A stretch of 64,000 bases of DNA. Source: Candidatus Schekmanbacteria bacterium RIFCSPLOWO2_02_FULL_38_14. Lineage in GTDB: Bacteria; Schekmanbacteria; GWA2-38-11. Each line of letters begins with the position of its first letter. The stretch's first letter is position 1. The notes under the pieces are model-generated. The model was not told the origin of the DNA. It searched no databases and was given only the letters and a program-made list of their open reading frames with translations. Positions 28,668 through 38,153 of the stretch are shown here, in pieces. The position numbers and the translations under genes are program-made. The stretch is from positions 14,207 to 78,206 of the forward strand of contig MGDH01000018.1 of the NCBI GenBank assembly GCA_001790855.1, in the 5' to 3' direction.

Positions 28668-29693
28668 CTAAAGTCCTTTTCCATTCTTGTTGTTTTCATA
28701 AGCCTTGATTATTTTTTTTATCAAATCGTGCCGTACCACGTCTTTTTCATCAAAGTAGACGAATTTAATATCCTCTATATCAGAAAGGATTTTCTGTGTT
28801 TCAATCAAACCAGAAGATTTTCCTTCTGGCAAATCAATTTGTGTAATATCTCCGGTAATTACTGCTTTTGAATTAGACCCTAACCTGGTTAAAAACATTT
28901 TCATCTGCTCAGAAGTAGTATTCTGAGCTTCATCAAGAATTACAAATGAATCGTTCAATGTTCTGCCTCTCATAAAAGCCAGAGGTGCAATCTCAATTGA
29001 ACCCCTCTCAACCAGATTTTCTATTTTTTCTTTATCAATCATTTCATATAAGGCATCATAAAGAGGACGCAGATAGGGGTGTACTTTTTCATACATATCC
29101 CCTGGCAGGAATCCGAGCCGTTCTCCTGCCTCTACTGCAGGTCTTGCTAAAATCAGACGGTTTACTTTTTTATTCATTAAAGCTGAAATAGCCATTGCCA
29201 TTGCAAGATAGGTTTTCCCTGTTCCTGCAGGACCTATTCCTATTACTATATCATAATTTTTGATTGCGTCTATGTATCTTTTCTGGTTGCTGCTTTTTGG
29301 TGAGATAGATTTCCTTAATGCCAAATGTATTTTTTCAAGAAAAACATCGTCTAAATCATCTTTAATGCTATCAGTGGCGGTGTGTGCAATGTGCCTGATG
29401 TTGGATTTGTTGATTTCTAAACCTTTTTCTGAAAGGTTATGCAGTTTTTTCAATGTATTGTATGCTCCATTGACAGGTTCCTCTTTTCCTCTTAGTAAAA
29501 CAGTCCTGCCTCTTGCAAATATTTTTATCTTATAGGTATCTTCCAGAAATCTGAGATGCTCATCAAGAATTCCGTAAAGAACTTTTAGATTGGTGCTTTC
29601 TCCAAAATTTATCTTCTTTTCAAAATCCACTATTTTACTTAGATTGCCTCCTTGAACCACTATTAATTTACAGAGATTTTCAATGTTTGTCAA
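28668..29693 (-). CDS. phoH: PhoH-family ATPase (PhoH/YbeZ)
   Basis: Walker A GPAGTGKTYLAMAMA; conserved phoH-ybeY gene order. Confidence 0.85.
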   Translation of the reverse strand: MTNIENLCKLIVVQGGNLSKIVDFEKKINFGESTNLKVLYGILDEHLRFLEDTYKIKIFARGRTVLLRGKEEPVNGAYNTLKKLHNLSEKGLEINKSNIRHIAHTATDSIKDDLDDVFLEKIHLALRKSISPKSSNQKRYIDAIKNYDIVIGIGPAGTGKTYLAMAMAISALMNKKVNRLILARPAVEAGERLGFLPGDMYEKVHPYLRPLYDALYEMIDKEKIENLVERGSIEIAPLAFMRGRTLNDSFVILDEAQNTTSEQMKMFLTRLGSNSKAVITGDITQIDLPEGKSSGLIETQKILSDIEDIKFVYFDEKDVVRHDLIKKIIKAYENNKNGKGL

Positions 29694-29774
29694 TTGGTAT
29701 TTAGGAGCTTTGGATTACACAGATTTCTATCAGTTTGCCGAAAAAGTGCCTTTTTGACCGGGATTGCGGAGTAA

Positions 29775-29891
29775 TGTCATTGCGAGCGAAGCGAAGCAAT
29801 CCAGACGAGATTACCACGAGCCGATAAATCGGCTCTAGTGAAATGACCCTTTGGGTCAGATTGCTTCAGGGCTAAAGCCCTTCGCAATGAC
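29775..29891. repeat. palindromic element family D (GTCATTGCGAGCGAAGCGAAGCAATCC ... GGCTAAAGCCCTTCGCAATGAC)
   Basis: 117-nt element with inverted termini and internal sub-hairpins (gagccgataaatcggctc; gaccctttgggtc). Confidence 0.55.
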
Positions 29892-30036
29892 GGGCGAGGA
29901 AACAGATATTTTTAAAAGGATTCCTTTCAAAAATCATTAGGTCTTGACACTGGATTGCCTTGTAAATATTATTAAAAAATCATAGGGTAAAAAAATTTAA
30001 GTATTCAAACCACATTAACCCCTTGAAGCAACTGAC

Positions 30037-31035
30037 ATGAAAGCAATGGTTTTAAAGTCTTGCAGTCCAATTGAGCAAAACCCATTGGTAGAAGCAGAAG
30101 TTTCTGTTCCTGTGCCAAATGAGAATGAGGTTCTTATTAATATTAAAGCCTGCGGGATATGCCATACTGACCTGCATATAATAGAGGGGGAACTCCCCTC
30201 AAGAAAGCTTCCATTGATTCCAGGGCATCAGATAGTTGGCGTTGTTGAAGGGATGGGTGAAAGGATTTCAAGATTTAAAAAAGGTGACAGGGTTGGTATT
30301 CCGTGGTTAAACTCTGTATGTGGAAAATGCAGTTTTTGCAAAAAAGGAAAGGAAAACCTCTGCGACAATATCAGCTTTACCGGCTACAATGTGAATGGAG
30401 GCTTTGCCCAGTATATTAGCATGAATGAAAGGTTTGCTTACCATATCCCTCAGGGATTTTCTGACCTTCAGGCAGCTCCTTTGCTCTGTGCAGGAGTAAT
30501 AGGGTATAGAGCATTTAGATTAAGCGAAATTAAAGAGGGTGAGCGACTTGCCCTTTATGGGTTTGGCGCTTCAGCGCATATTGTAATCCAGATGGCTGTT
30601 TTTGATGGAATTGAAGTTTATGTTTTTACAAGAAACAGGGAACACCAGAGGCTTGCAGAAAAATTAGGGGCATCATGGGTCGGAACTGCAAAGGATAAAC
30701 CTCCTTCATTTTTTGACAGCGCTATAATATTTGCTCCAGCAGGAGAACTGGTAACTGAGGCTCTATGGTATTTGCAGAAAGGCGGAACTATTGCGCTTGC
30801 AGGAATACATATGTCTCCAATCCCTGAGATGGATTATAATCTGGTCTATAATGAAAGAACTATAAGAAGCGTTGCAAACAGTACAAGGCAGGATGCTGAA
30901 GAACTTTTGAAAATTGCAGCAAAAATTCCAATTAAAACTGAGGTCGAGGTATTTCCTCTAAAAGATGCAAACCAAGCACTCCAGCACCTGAAGTACAGCA
31001 AAATTCAGGGCGCCGGAGTGTTGGAAATCCCTTAA
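30037..31035 (+). CDS. zinc-dependent alcohol dehydrogenase (MDR family)
   Basis: Catalytic Zn motif GICHTDLH, structural Zn Cys4 (CGKCSFCKKGKENLC), GxGxxG (GFGASAHI). Confidence 0.8.
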   Translation: MKAMVLKSCSPIEQNPLVEAEVSVPVPNENEVLINIKACGICHTDLHIIEGELPSRKLPLIPGHQIVGVVEGMGERISRFKKGDRVGIPWLNSVCGKCSFCKKGKENLCDNISFTGYNVNGGFAQYISMNERFAYHIPQGFSDLQAAPLLCAGVIGYRAFRLSEIKEGERLALYGFGASAHIVIQMAVFDGIEVYVFTRNREHQRLAEKLGASWVGTAKDKPPSFFDSAIIFAPAGELVTEALWYLQKGGTIALAGIHMSPIPEMDYNLVYNERTIRSVANSTRQDAEELLKIAAKIPIKTEVEVFPLKDANQALQHLKYSKIQGAGVLEIP

Positions 31036-31248
31036 CCCAAAAGTTATTGAGATATTGTAATTATAAATGATATCAAAATCTTTAATTCAATAACATATTG
31101 ACATATCATTATTATAAATTAAGATTCATATCAGAAATTTATACCTAATTATTATTATTAGAAAATTCTAACTAAAAAAGTAAAAGTAGCTAACAGATAC
31201 TCTCCTTAAATATAGGAAATTTACCTAAAAGTTTAAAACTATCAATAT

Positions 31249-32178
31249 ATGAATCGTAAAATCATTTTATTTATCATCCTGTTTCCATTTATCTTGGGGT
31301 TGATATTCTCCGGGTGTAAAAAAGAGGAAGAAACTTATAAAAAAGTTCGCCTTAATGTTAAAGAAACAGAAGAAAATAGTCCTGCTGCTAAACCTCAAAA
31401 AAAACCGCTTCGTATAGCAATAGCGCCTGTAATCTCGCCAAAAGAAAGTTTTAATGTTTATAGTGACTTAATAGAATATATTTCCAAAAAAGTTGGAAGG
31501 TTGCCGGTTTTTATTCAGGGCAGTAATTACGCTGAGATAAATAATTTAGTCAGATACAGGCATTGTGACGTTGCCTTTGTATGCGATTATGCTTATCTGC
31601 AAGGAAAAAAAGATTTTGGAATGGAAATATTAGTGGTTCCACAAGTGAATGGGAAGGCAAAATATCAATCTTATATTATAGTGCCAGAAAAAAGCACTAT
31701 TAAAAGTTTTTGGGAATTAGAAGGAAAAAGTTTTGCTTTTGCTGACCCTTTATCAAGTTCTGGATATCTGTATCCCAAATACTTACTAAAAAAGAATGGA
31801 AAAACGCCTGAAACTTTTTTCAGCAAGACTATTTTTACATATGGACATGATAATTCCATTGAAGCTGTTTCTCAAGGGCTTGTAGACGGAGCTGCTGTAG
31901 ATAGTTTGGTATACGACTTTATGGTTGCAAATAAAAAGACTTATAGAGTTAATGCAAAGATAGTTCATAAATCTCCTTTCTGGGCTTCACCACCAATAGT
32001 TATTCATCCTGCAATTAATCCTGAAACTCGCTCAATGTTGAAAAATGTTTTCCTCTCAATGCATGAGGATAAGGAAGGTAAATTAATTCTCCGCAGGCTT
32101 ATGATTGACAGATTTGTGGCACAGAAGGATAAAGCATACGATTCAATTAGAAAAATGGCAAACGAGATAGGTTACTAA
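31249..32178 (+). CDS. PhnD/SsuA-like periplasmic substrate-binding lipoprotein (sensor-associated)
   Basis: Lipoprotein signal (ILGLIFSGC); type-2 periplasmic-binding fold resembling phosphonate-binding PhnD; immediately upstream of a sensor kinase, a common arrangement for sensory PBPs. Confidence 0.6.
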   Translation: MNRKIILFIILFPFILGLIFSGCKKEEETYKKVRLNVKETEENSPAAKPQKKPLRIAIAPVISPKESFNVYSDLIEYISKKVGRLPVFIQGSNYAEINNLVRYRHCDVAFVCDYAYLQGKKDFGMEILVVPQVNGKAKYQSYIIVPEKSTIKSFWELEGKSFAFADPLSSSGYLYPKYLLKKNGKTPETFFSKTIFTYGHDNSIEAVSQGLVDGAAVDSLVYDFMVANKKTYRVNAKIVHKSPFWASPPIVIHPAINPETRSMLKNVFLSMHEDKEGKLILRRLMIDRFVAQKDKAYDSIRKMANEIGY

Positions 32179-32185
32179 AACGAAA

Positions 32186-33643
32186 GTGAAAAAAAATATA
32201 CTTTGGCTAAGGGAAAGAGTTCTCTCCGTTAGTATACGTATAAAAGTTATGGGGATTGCTTTAGGGATTGTTTTCCTTTTTGCATTAACCATTATTTTCC
32301 AAATAAGAGAGAGTTTTGAAAAAGAGTTAAGAGAGGAATTGAAAACAAGTGGCATTTTTATTGCTAAAGAAATGACTTCAAGAAGTTCAGGTTTTATCTT
32401 AACTCCCAACCAGTTTGCTCTTAATCTGCTAATAAAAAACATATTTGAAAATAATGAAAATGTAGAGTATGCTTTTATTTTGTCCTCTTCAAATGAAATC
32501 TTAGTCCATTCTTTTGAAAATGGTTTTCCAAAGGAACTCTTGGCAGTTAACAGGGTATCTCCTGGCAGTAAATTCCGTGTAGAGATGTTGGATACTGAAG
32601 AGGGAATTATAACTGACGTAGCTGTTCCTCTCTTTGGAGGAAAACTTGGAACTGTAAGAGTTGGGATGAATGAAAAACATTTGCGGAATAAGCTTAATGC
32701 CATCACTTTACAGATTTTAATCGTTACAGCCATAGTTTCCTTGTTAAGTATTGGCGCAGCCTCTCTCTTAACCATAGTATTAACAAGGCCAATTACTAAT
32801 CTTGTTAGTTTTGTAAATGCACTTGGGAAAGGTGATTTCGAACAGAGAGCGAGAATATGGGCTGATGATGAAATAGGAAAGCTAAGTAATGCTTTTAACG
32901 ATATGATTCAGAAATTGAAAAACTTCAAAACTGAATTAGAATTTAAAGAGGAAATGACGTCACAGCTTTTAAAAAAGGTTATTAATGCCCAGGAAGAAGA
33001 ACGTAAAAGGATTGCCCGGGAATTGCACGACCAAACCAGTCAGTCACTCACATCATTAATGATAGGATTAAAGATATTGAAGTCAGCTAAAACTCTGGAT
33101 GAAGTGACCAAGCGGTCTGATGATTTGCGGGAATTGACATCAAAGACACTGGAAGAAGTCCACGACCTTGCTATCCAATTAAGGCCTACAGTGCTGGATG
33201 ATATAGGACTGGATATTGCTTTACAAAAATATGTTGCAGACTATTCCATGAAATTCAATATAAAAGTGGATTATCATTCCATTGGTTTTGACTCTTTTCG
33301 TCTTCCAACTGAAATAGAGATAGTCATCTATAGAGTTGTTCAGGAAGCACTCGCCAACATTTTAAAACATTCAGAAGCAAGGAATGCGTGCCTGCTTTTG
33401 GAAAACAGAGGTAACTTACTGAAAGTAATCGTTGAAGATAACGGAAAAGGATTTGATGTAAGAAAAGTAATGAGTTCAGAGATTGATGGAAAACTTGGTT
33501 TGTTTGGAATGCAGGAAAGAATTAACTTAATAAGTGGAGATATTACTATTGAATCAACTCCGGGGAATGGAACTAATATATATATTACAGTTCCAATTGA
33601 TAAAAAACTATCATATGAAAAAGATAAAAATACTTTTAGTTGA
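32186..33643 (+). CDS. sensor histidine kinase (2 TM, periplasmic loop, HAMP, HisKA_3, HATPase_c; NarX/LiaS-like)
   Basis: HAMP segment after TM2; H-box RIARELHDQTSQSL; ATPase motifs (NG...GNGTNIY). Confidence 0.8.
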   Translation: MKKNILWLRERVLSVSIRIKVMGIALGIVFLFALTIIFQIRESFEKELREELKTSGIFIAKEMTSRSSGFILTPNQFALNLLIKNIFENNENVEYAFILSSSNEILVHSFENGFPKELLAVNRVSPGSKFRVEMLDTEEGIITDVAVPLFGGKLGTVRVGMNEKHLRNKLNAITLQILIVTAIVSLLSIGAASLLTIVLTRPITNLVSFVNALGKGDFEQRARIWADDEIGKLSNAFNDMIQKLKNFKTELEFKEEMTSQLLKKVINAQEEERKRIARELHDQTSQSLTSLMIGLKILKSAKTLDEVTKRSDDLRELTSKTLEEVHDLAIQLRPTVLDDIGLDIALQKYVADYSMKFNIKVDYHSIGFDSFRLPTEIEIVIYRVVQEALANILKHSEARNACLLLENRGNLLKVIVEDNGKGFDVRKVMSSEIDGKLGLFGMQERINLISGDITIESTPGNGTNIYITVPIDKKLSYEKDKNTFS

Positions 33644-34274
33644 TGACCATGCTGTTCTTCGCTCGGGATTAAAGCTTTTATTAAACGCACAACCAGATAT
33701 GGAAGTTTTAGACGAAGCAACAGATGGGTTGGAAGCAATAAATAAAGCTGTAAAACTCTTTCCAGACATTGTTTTAATGGATATATCTATGCCTGGTATC
33801 GGAGGTCTTGAAGCTGCAAAGCGAATCAAGGCAAAATGCCCTAAAACAAAGATTCTGGTTTTAACCATGCATGATGATGAAAAATATCTGGATGAGTTCC
33901 TGAGACATGGCGCTTCAGGGTATGTTGTAAAAAAGGCTGCAGATACAGAACTTACGGCTGCTATACGCGCTGTTAATAGAGGCGAAATAGCACTACACCC
34001 CGCTGTAACCAAAAAACTTATTAATAATTATCTAAATATTTCCTCGCCTTCCAAAAAGAAAAATGGACAGCATGACCATTTAAGTGAACGGGAGCAGCAG
34101 GTATTAAAACTTATAGTTCTCGGCCATACCAACAAGGAAATATCAGAAGCCCTGTTTATAAGCATAAAAACTGTAGAGACTCACAGAACAAGAATCTTGC
34201 AAAAGCTAAACCTGAACACAAGGGCTCAGCTTGTCCAGTATGCAATGGGAAAAGGTATTTTTAAAAAATCCTGA
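33615..34274 (+). CDS. response regulator, NarL/FixJ family (REC + LuxR-type HTH)
   Basis: MKKIKILLVDDH receiver start (I place the start at the internal Met, 29-nt overlap with the kinase); C-terminal LuxR HTH EISEALFISIKTVETHRTRILQKL. Confidence 0.8.
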   Translation: MKKIKILLVDDHAVLRSGLKLLLNAQPDMEVLDEATDGLEAINKAVKLFPDIVLMDISMPGIGGLEAAKRIKAKCPKTKILVLTMHDDEKYLDEFLRHGASGYVVKKAADTELTAAIRAVNRGEIALHPAVTKKLINNYLNISSPSKKKNGQHDHLSEREQQVLKLIVLGHTNKEISEALFISIKTVETHRTRILQKLNLNTRAQLVQYAMGKGIFKKS

Positions 34275-34445
34275 CAAACTCTTAAAACTTATTCTTTCAA
34301 AAACCAAGCCTGCTTTATCATGTTGTAAGGTTTTCCCCTACACAAAAATCAATGTTTTCCCCGATTGTAAATCTTCTGGTTCTCATATTATAAGTAATAA
34401 ATATGAAATAAAAAATCTCACTTTTCTTTTTATAAGGAATAAATT

Positions 34446-34949
34446 GTGGGGAAAATCCTATCTACTTTCTTTATTCTTGTTTTTATAGCTTCATTATTTT
34501 CATGCTTGAAAAGCTCAGAAGAATTACAACAGCCAATCAATTTTAATCACAAGAAACATATTGAGCAGGGAATTGAATGTGAAACCTGCCACATATACAT
34601 AAAAGAAGAAAGCTTTGCAGGACTTCCAGAGCTTCAAACCTGCCTCGACTGTCATGGGAGTCCTATAACAAAAAGCACTGAAGAGGAGAAGATAAGGAAT
34701 TTTGCAAAAAAGGGAATAAGTTTAGAATGGAAAAGAATATATAGGCTTCCTCAGCATGTATATTTCTCCCATAGAAGGCATGTAGCTTTTGCAAACTTAG
34801 AATGTCAAGTTTGTCATGGCGCAATTGGAGATGCTGTGAAGCCTCCAACAAAGCCTTTAAAGATTTTGATAATGAATGATTGCATAGATTGCCACAAGAG
34901 TTCCAAGAAAAGTAAGATAAGCGCTGATTGTATTGATTGTCATAAATAA
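34446..34949 (+). CDS. pentaheme c-type cytochrome (QrcA/ActA-like small periplasmic cytochrome)
   Basis: Signal peptide; five CxxCH (CETCH, CLDCH, CQVCH, CIDCH, CIDCH) in 167 aa. Confidence 0.8.
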   Translation: MGKILSTFFILVFIASLFSCLKSSEELQQPINFNHKKHIEQGIECETCHIYIKEESFAGLPELQTCLDCHGSPITKSTEEEKIRNFAKKGISLEWKRIYRLPQHVYFSHRRHVAFANLECQVCHGAIGDAVKPPTKPLKILIMNDCIDCHKSSKKSKISADCIDCHK

Positions 34950-34991
34950 AAAGATGATTACACAGATTATTTAGGAAGATTATACAGATTT

Positions 34992-37451
34992 ATGAAGAGA
35001 AGAAGATTTTTAAAGACATTGGGTGGAACATCAGCAGGGGTAGCACTCTCTTCTTGCACCAAGATAGAGAGTTTAAACAAAAAAATTGTAACTATAATTC
35101 CTGCAAAAGAAGAAGTAGTAGTTCCTAAAGGAGTAGAGAAATGGGTGATTTCATCATGTGGGCAATGCTCTGGAGGTTGCGGAATTAAGGTAAGACTTAT
35201 AAATGAAAGAGCTGTAAAAATTGATGGTAATCCACTGCATCCTGTAAACCAGGGAACCCTTTGTCCTAAAGGACAGTCAGGGTTACAGCTCCTTTATAAT
35301 CCAGACAGATTAAAAAGTCCTCTGAAAAGAAAAGGAAATAGGGGAGCAAATCAATGGAAAAAAATTAGCTGGGATGAGGCTGCTAAATTAGTGGTTGAAA
35401 AACTAAAAGAGATTCGAACAAATGGAAAAGCTCACCAACTAACTTTTCTATCAGGCGAATGTGGTGGTCTGATGAAAAGTTTGAGCAAAAGATTTTTAGA
35501 ATCATTCGGCTCCCCAAATTATTTTGATATTTCTGGTTCAATGGATGGTAATGACCAGGGGCCCTCAGACAGTCTTTTTGCAACTCAGGGTATCAGAAAA
35601 AATCCAGTCTATAATCTGGAAAAAACTAAATTAATTCTTTCCTTCGGCTCTAATTTTTTGGAATCTTTTTCATCTCCTGTACAGATTTCCCAGGCATATG
35701 GCTATTTCAGGAGAGAAAGGACAGGCTCAAGAGCCAAACTTATCCAAATAGACTCCAGGCTTTCAGTCACTGGCGCAAAAGCTGACGAATGGATTCCAAC
35801 AAACCCGGGCACATTAGGCGCTCTTGCACTGGGACTCGCTTATATAATTATAAAAGAGGACCTTTATGACAAGGATTTTATAGATGAAGACAGTTTTGGT
35901 TTTGAAGATTTCAAAGATGATAATGGCACATTACATCAAGGTTTTAAAAGAATGGTGCTTGATGAATATACATCCGGTGTAGTCTCCAAAATCACAGGAG
36001 TCTCAACAAATAATATAATAAGGCTTGCCAGAGAATTTGCCACAAATAAACCTGCTATTGCCATAAGTGATAAAATAGGAATATATGATCAGATAGCAAT
36101 TCATTGCCTCAATGCTTTATGCGGGAATATTGATGTTGAAGGAGGGGTTTTAGTACCTAGGGATGTCCCTCTTAAGAGCTTGCCTCCTTTTAAGCTTGAT
36201 GAGATCTCAAAAAAAGGCTTGTCAATGACAAGGGTCGACGGAAGTAACCCGGAGCAATCTTCTGTTTTTTTTAACCCTTTTAAATTTATTATAGAAGCAA
36301 ATGCAACAGGCAATCCCTATAAAATAGATGCCATTTTTATTTACAACTCAAATCCTTTATTTACTTATCCTGATAAAGAAAATTTGAAAAAATTCTTTGC
36401 AGAAATACCTTTCATCTTAAGTTTTTCCTCTTATCTTGATGAAACTTCAGAAATGGCTGATTTAATCTTACCAGATCACACCTATCTGGAAAAATGGGAA
36501 GATGTCCAGACAAACACCCTGAACGGATACCCTGTTTTAGGAATAAGACAACCTGTAGTCAGCAAAATTAATGATACCATGCACACTGGTGACTTTTTAC
36601 TGAAGGTTTCAAAAGAGATAGGGGGTCCGGTGGCGCAGGCTTTACCTTGGAATGATTTTAAAGATTTTCTTTCCTATAGCATTGAAGGAATTTACGAAAA
36701 TCAGAGTGGTAATATATTTGGACCAAAATTTGAAGAAGCATGGGTCCGCCTCCTTGAAAAAGGGGGATGGAGTATTCCTTTGCATTCATCTTTTGAAGAG
36801 TTCTGGAAAAAGGTATTAGAAAAGGGCGGCTGGTGGGATTCGATGTACTATTTTAATGAATGGAGCAGAATTTTTAATACCTTATCAGGAAAATTTGAAT
36901 TCTATTTTCAAACCCTGAAGAATGAGGTTGATAAAACAAAGGATGAAAGAAGAAAAGAGATATTTAAAATGTTAGGAGGGACTAAAGACAAAGGAAAAGA
37001 GGATAAAATATATATGCCCCATTATGAGGCAAAAGCAGAAACAAATGGAAAGAGTTATCCCTTTTATCTTAACGTCTATAAACTTATGTCGCTTTCAGGT
37101 TTAAATGTAACGAATCAGCCATGGCTTCAAGGAATTCTGGCAGTCAATGTTCCAATTAAATGGAATACATGGGTTGAAATAAATCCAGAAACTGCAAAGA
37201 AAATGGCTATATCTGAAGGAGACTTGGTTGTTGTAGAATCAATAAAAAGGAAAATAATTGTTTATGCTCATTTATATGAAGGTGCAATGCCTGAGGTAGT
37301 AAATATTCCTTTTGGGTTAGGGCATTCAGCAAATGGACGGTGGGCTAAAGATATAGGTAAGAATCCAGTTTCTATCCTGGAAGAATTTTCAGATCCGTTA
37401 ACTGGAAACTTCTTCAAAGATTACACACGGGTAAAAATCTATAAGGCTTAA
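34992..37451 (+). CDS. molybdopterin-oxidoreductase-family subunit, TAT-exported (PsrA/QrcB/ActB1-like)
   Basis: Twin-arginine signal MKRRRFLKTLGG; N-terminal CxxCxxxC...C FeS-0 motif (CGQCSGGCG...CPKG); 819 aa MopB fold. Confidence 0.8.
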   Translation: MKRRRFLKTLGGTSAGVALSSCTKIESLNKKIVTIIPAKEEVVVPKGVEKWVISSCGQCSGGCGIKVRLINERAVKIDGNPLHPVNQGTLCPKGQSGLQLLYNPDRLKSPLKRKGNRGANQWKKISWDEAAKLVVEKLKEIRTNGKAHQLTFLSGECGGLMKSLSKRFLESFGSPNYFDISGSMDGNDQGPSDSLFATQGIRKNPVYNLEKTKLILSFGSNFLESFSSPVQISQAYGYFRRERTGSRAKLIQIDSRLSVTGAKADEWIPTNPGTLGALALGLAYIIIKEDLYDKDFIDEDSFGFEDFKDDNGTLHQGFKRMVLDEYTSGVVSKITGVSTNNIIRLAREFATNKPAIAISDKIGIYDQIAIHCLNALCGNIDVEGGVLVPRDVPLKSLPPFKLDEISKKGLSMTRVDGSNPEQSSVFFNPFKFIIEANATGNPYKIDAIFIYNSNPLFTYPDKENLKKFFAEIPFILSFSSYLDETSEMADLILPDHTYLEKWEDVQTNTLNGYPVLGIRQPVVSKINDTMHTGDFLLKVSKEIGGPVAQALPWNDFKDFLSYSIEGIYENQSGNIFGPKFEEAWVRLLEKGGWSIPLHSSFEEFWKKVLEKGGWWDSMYYFNEWSRIFNTLSGKFEFYFQTLKNEVDKTKDERRKEIFKMLGGTKDKGKEDKIYMPHYEAKAETNGKSYPFYLNVYKLMSLSGLNVTNQPWLQGILAVNVPIKWNTWVEINPETAKKMAISEGDLVVVESIKRKIIVYAHLYEGAMPEVVNIPFGLGHSANGRWAKDIGKNPVSILEEFSDPLTGNFFKDYTRVKIYKA

Positions 37452-37465
37452 TCAAGAGGTATTTT

Positions 37466-38152
37466 ATGGCAAAATGGGGAATGGTTATAGATTTGGATAA
37501 ATGTACAGCCTGTCAAGCCTGCGTAGTTGCATGCCAGGCTGAAAACAACATTCCTATAGCAGGACCAAAAGAGACCCAGATGGGTAGGGCAATCCACTGG
37601 ATAGAACTAATATCTCATATAGAGGGGGAGTATCCTAACACCAAAATCAAGCTTATACCCAGACCCTGTTTCCATTGCGATGAACCCCCATGTATCAAGG
37701 TTTGTCCTGTAAGGGCTACTTATAAAAGCGAGGAAGAGGGAATAGTTGGACAGATATTCCCCAGGTGTATAGGCTGTCGTTACTGTACCACAGCATGTCC
37801 TTATACGGTACGGTATTTTAACTGGGAAAAACCCGAATGGCCGGAAATGATGAAAAACCTTCTTAATCCTGATGTATCAGTGAGGCCAAAAGGTGTTGTT
37901 GAGAAATGCAGTTTCTGCTATCACAGGCTGGTAAAGGCAAGAGAAAAAGCAAAAGCAGAAGGAAGAGATTTCTCTCCTGATGAATATATACCAGCATGTG
38001 TCCAAACATGTCCAAGCAAGGCAATGTATTTTGGTGATTTAAGCAATCCCAACAGTAAAGTCTCAATTCTGGCAAGAACCAACAGAGCTTTCAGAATTCT
38101 GGAAGATTTGGGAACAGAACCAAAGGTTATTTATCTCTCGGAAGGGGAATAG
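37466..38152 (+). CDS. 4Fe-4S ferredoxin-type electron-transfer subunit (PsrB/NrfC/QrcC-like)
   Basis: Four Cys clusters (CTACQACVVAC, CFHCDEPPCIKVCP, CIGCRYCTTACP, CSFC...C). Confidence 0.85.
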   Translation: MAKWGMVIDLDKCTACQACVVACQAENNIPIAGPKETQMGRAIHWIELISHIEGEYPNTKIKLIPRPCFHCDEPPCIKVCPVRATYKSEEEGIVGQIFPRCIGCRYCTTACPYTVRYFNWEKPEWPEMMKNLLNPDVSVRPKGVVEKCSFCYHRLVKAREKAKAEGRDFSPDEYIPACVQTCPSKAMYFGDLSNPNSKVSILARTNRAFRILEDLGTEPKVIYLSEGE

Positions 38153-38153
38153 G

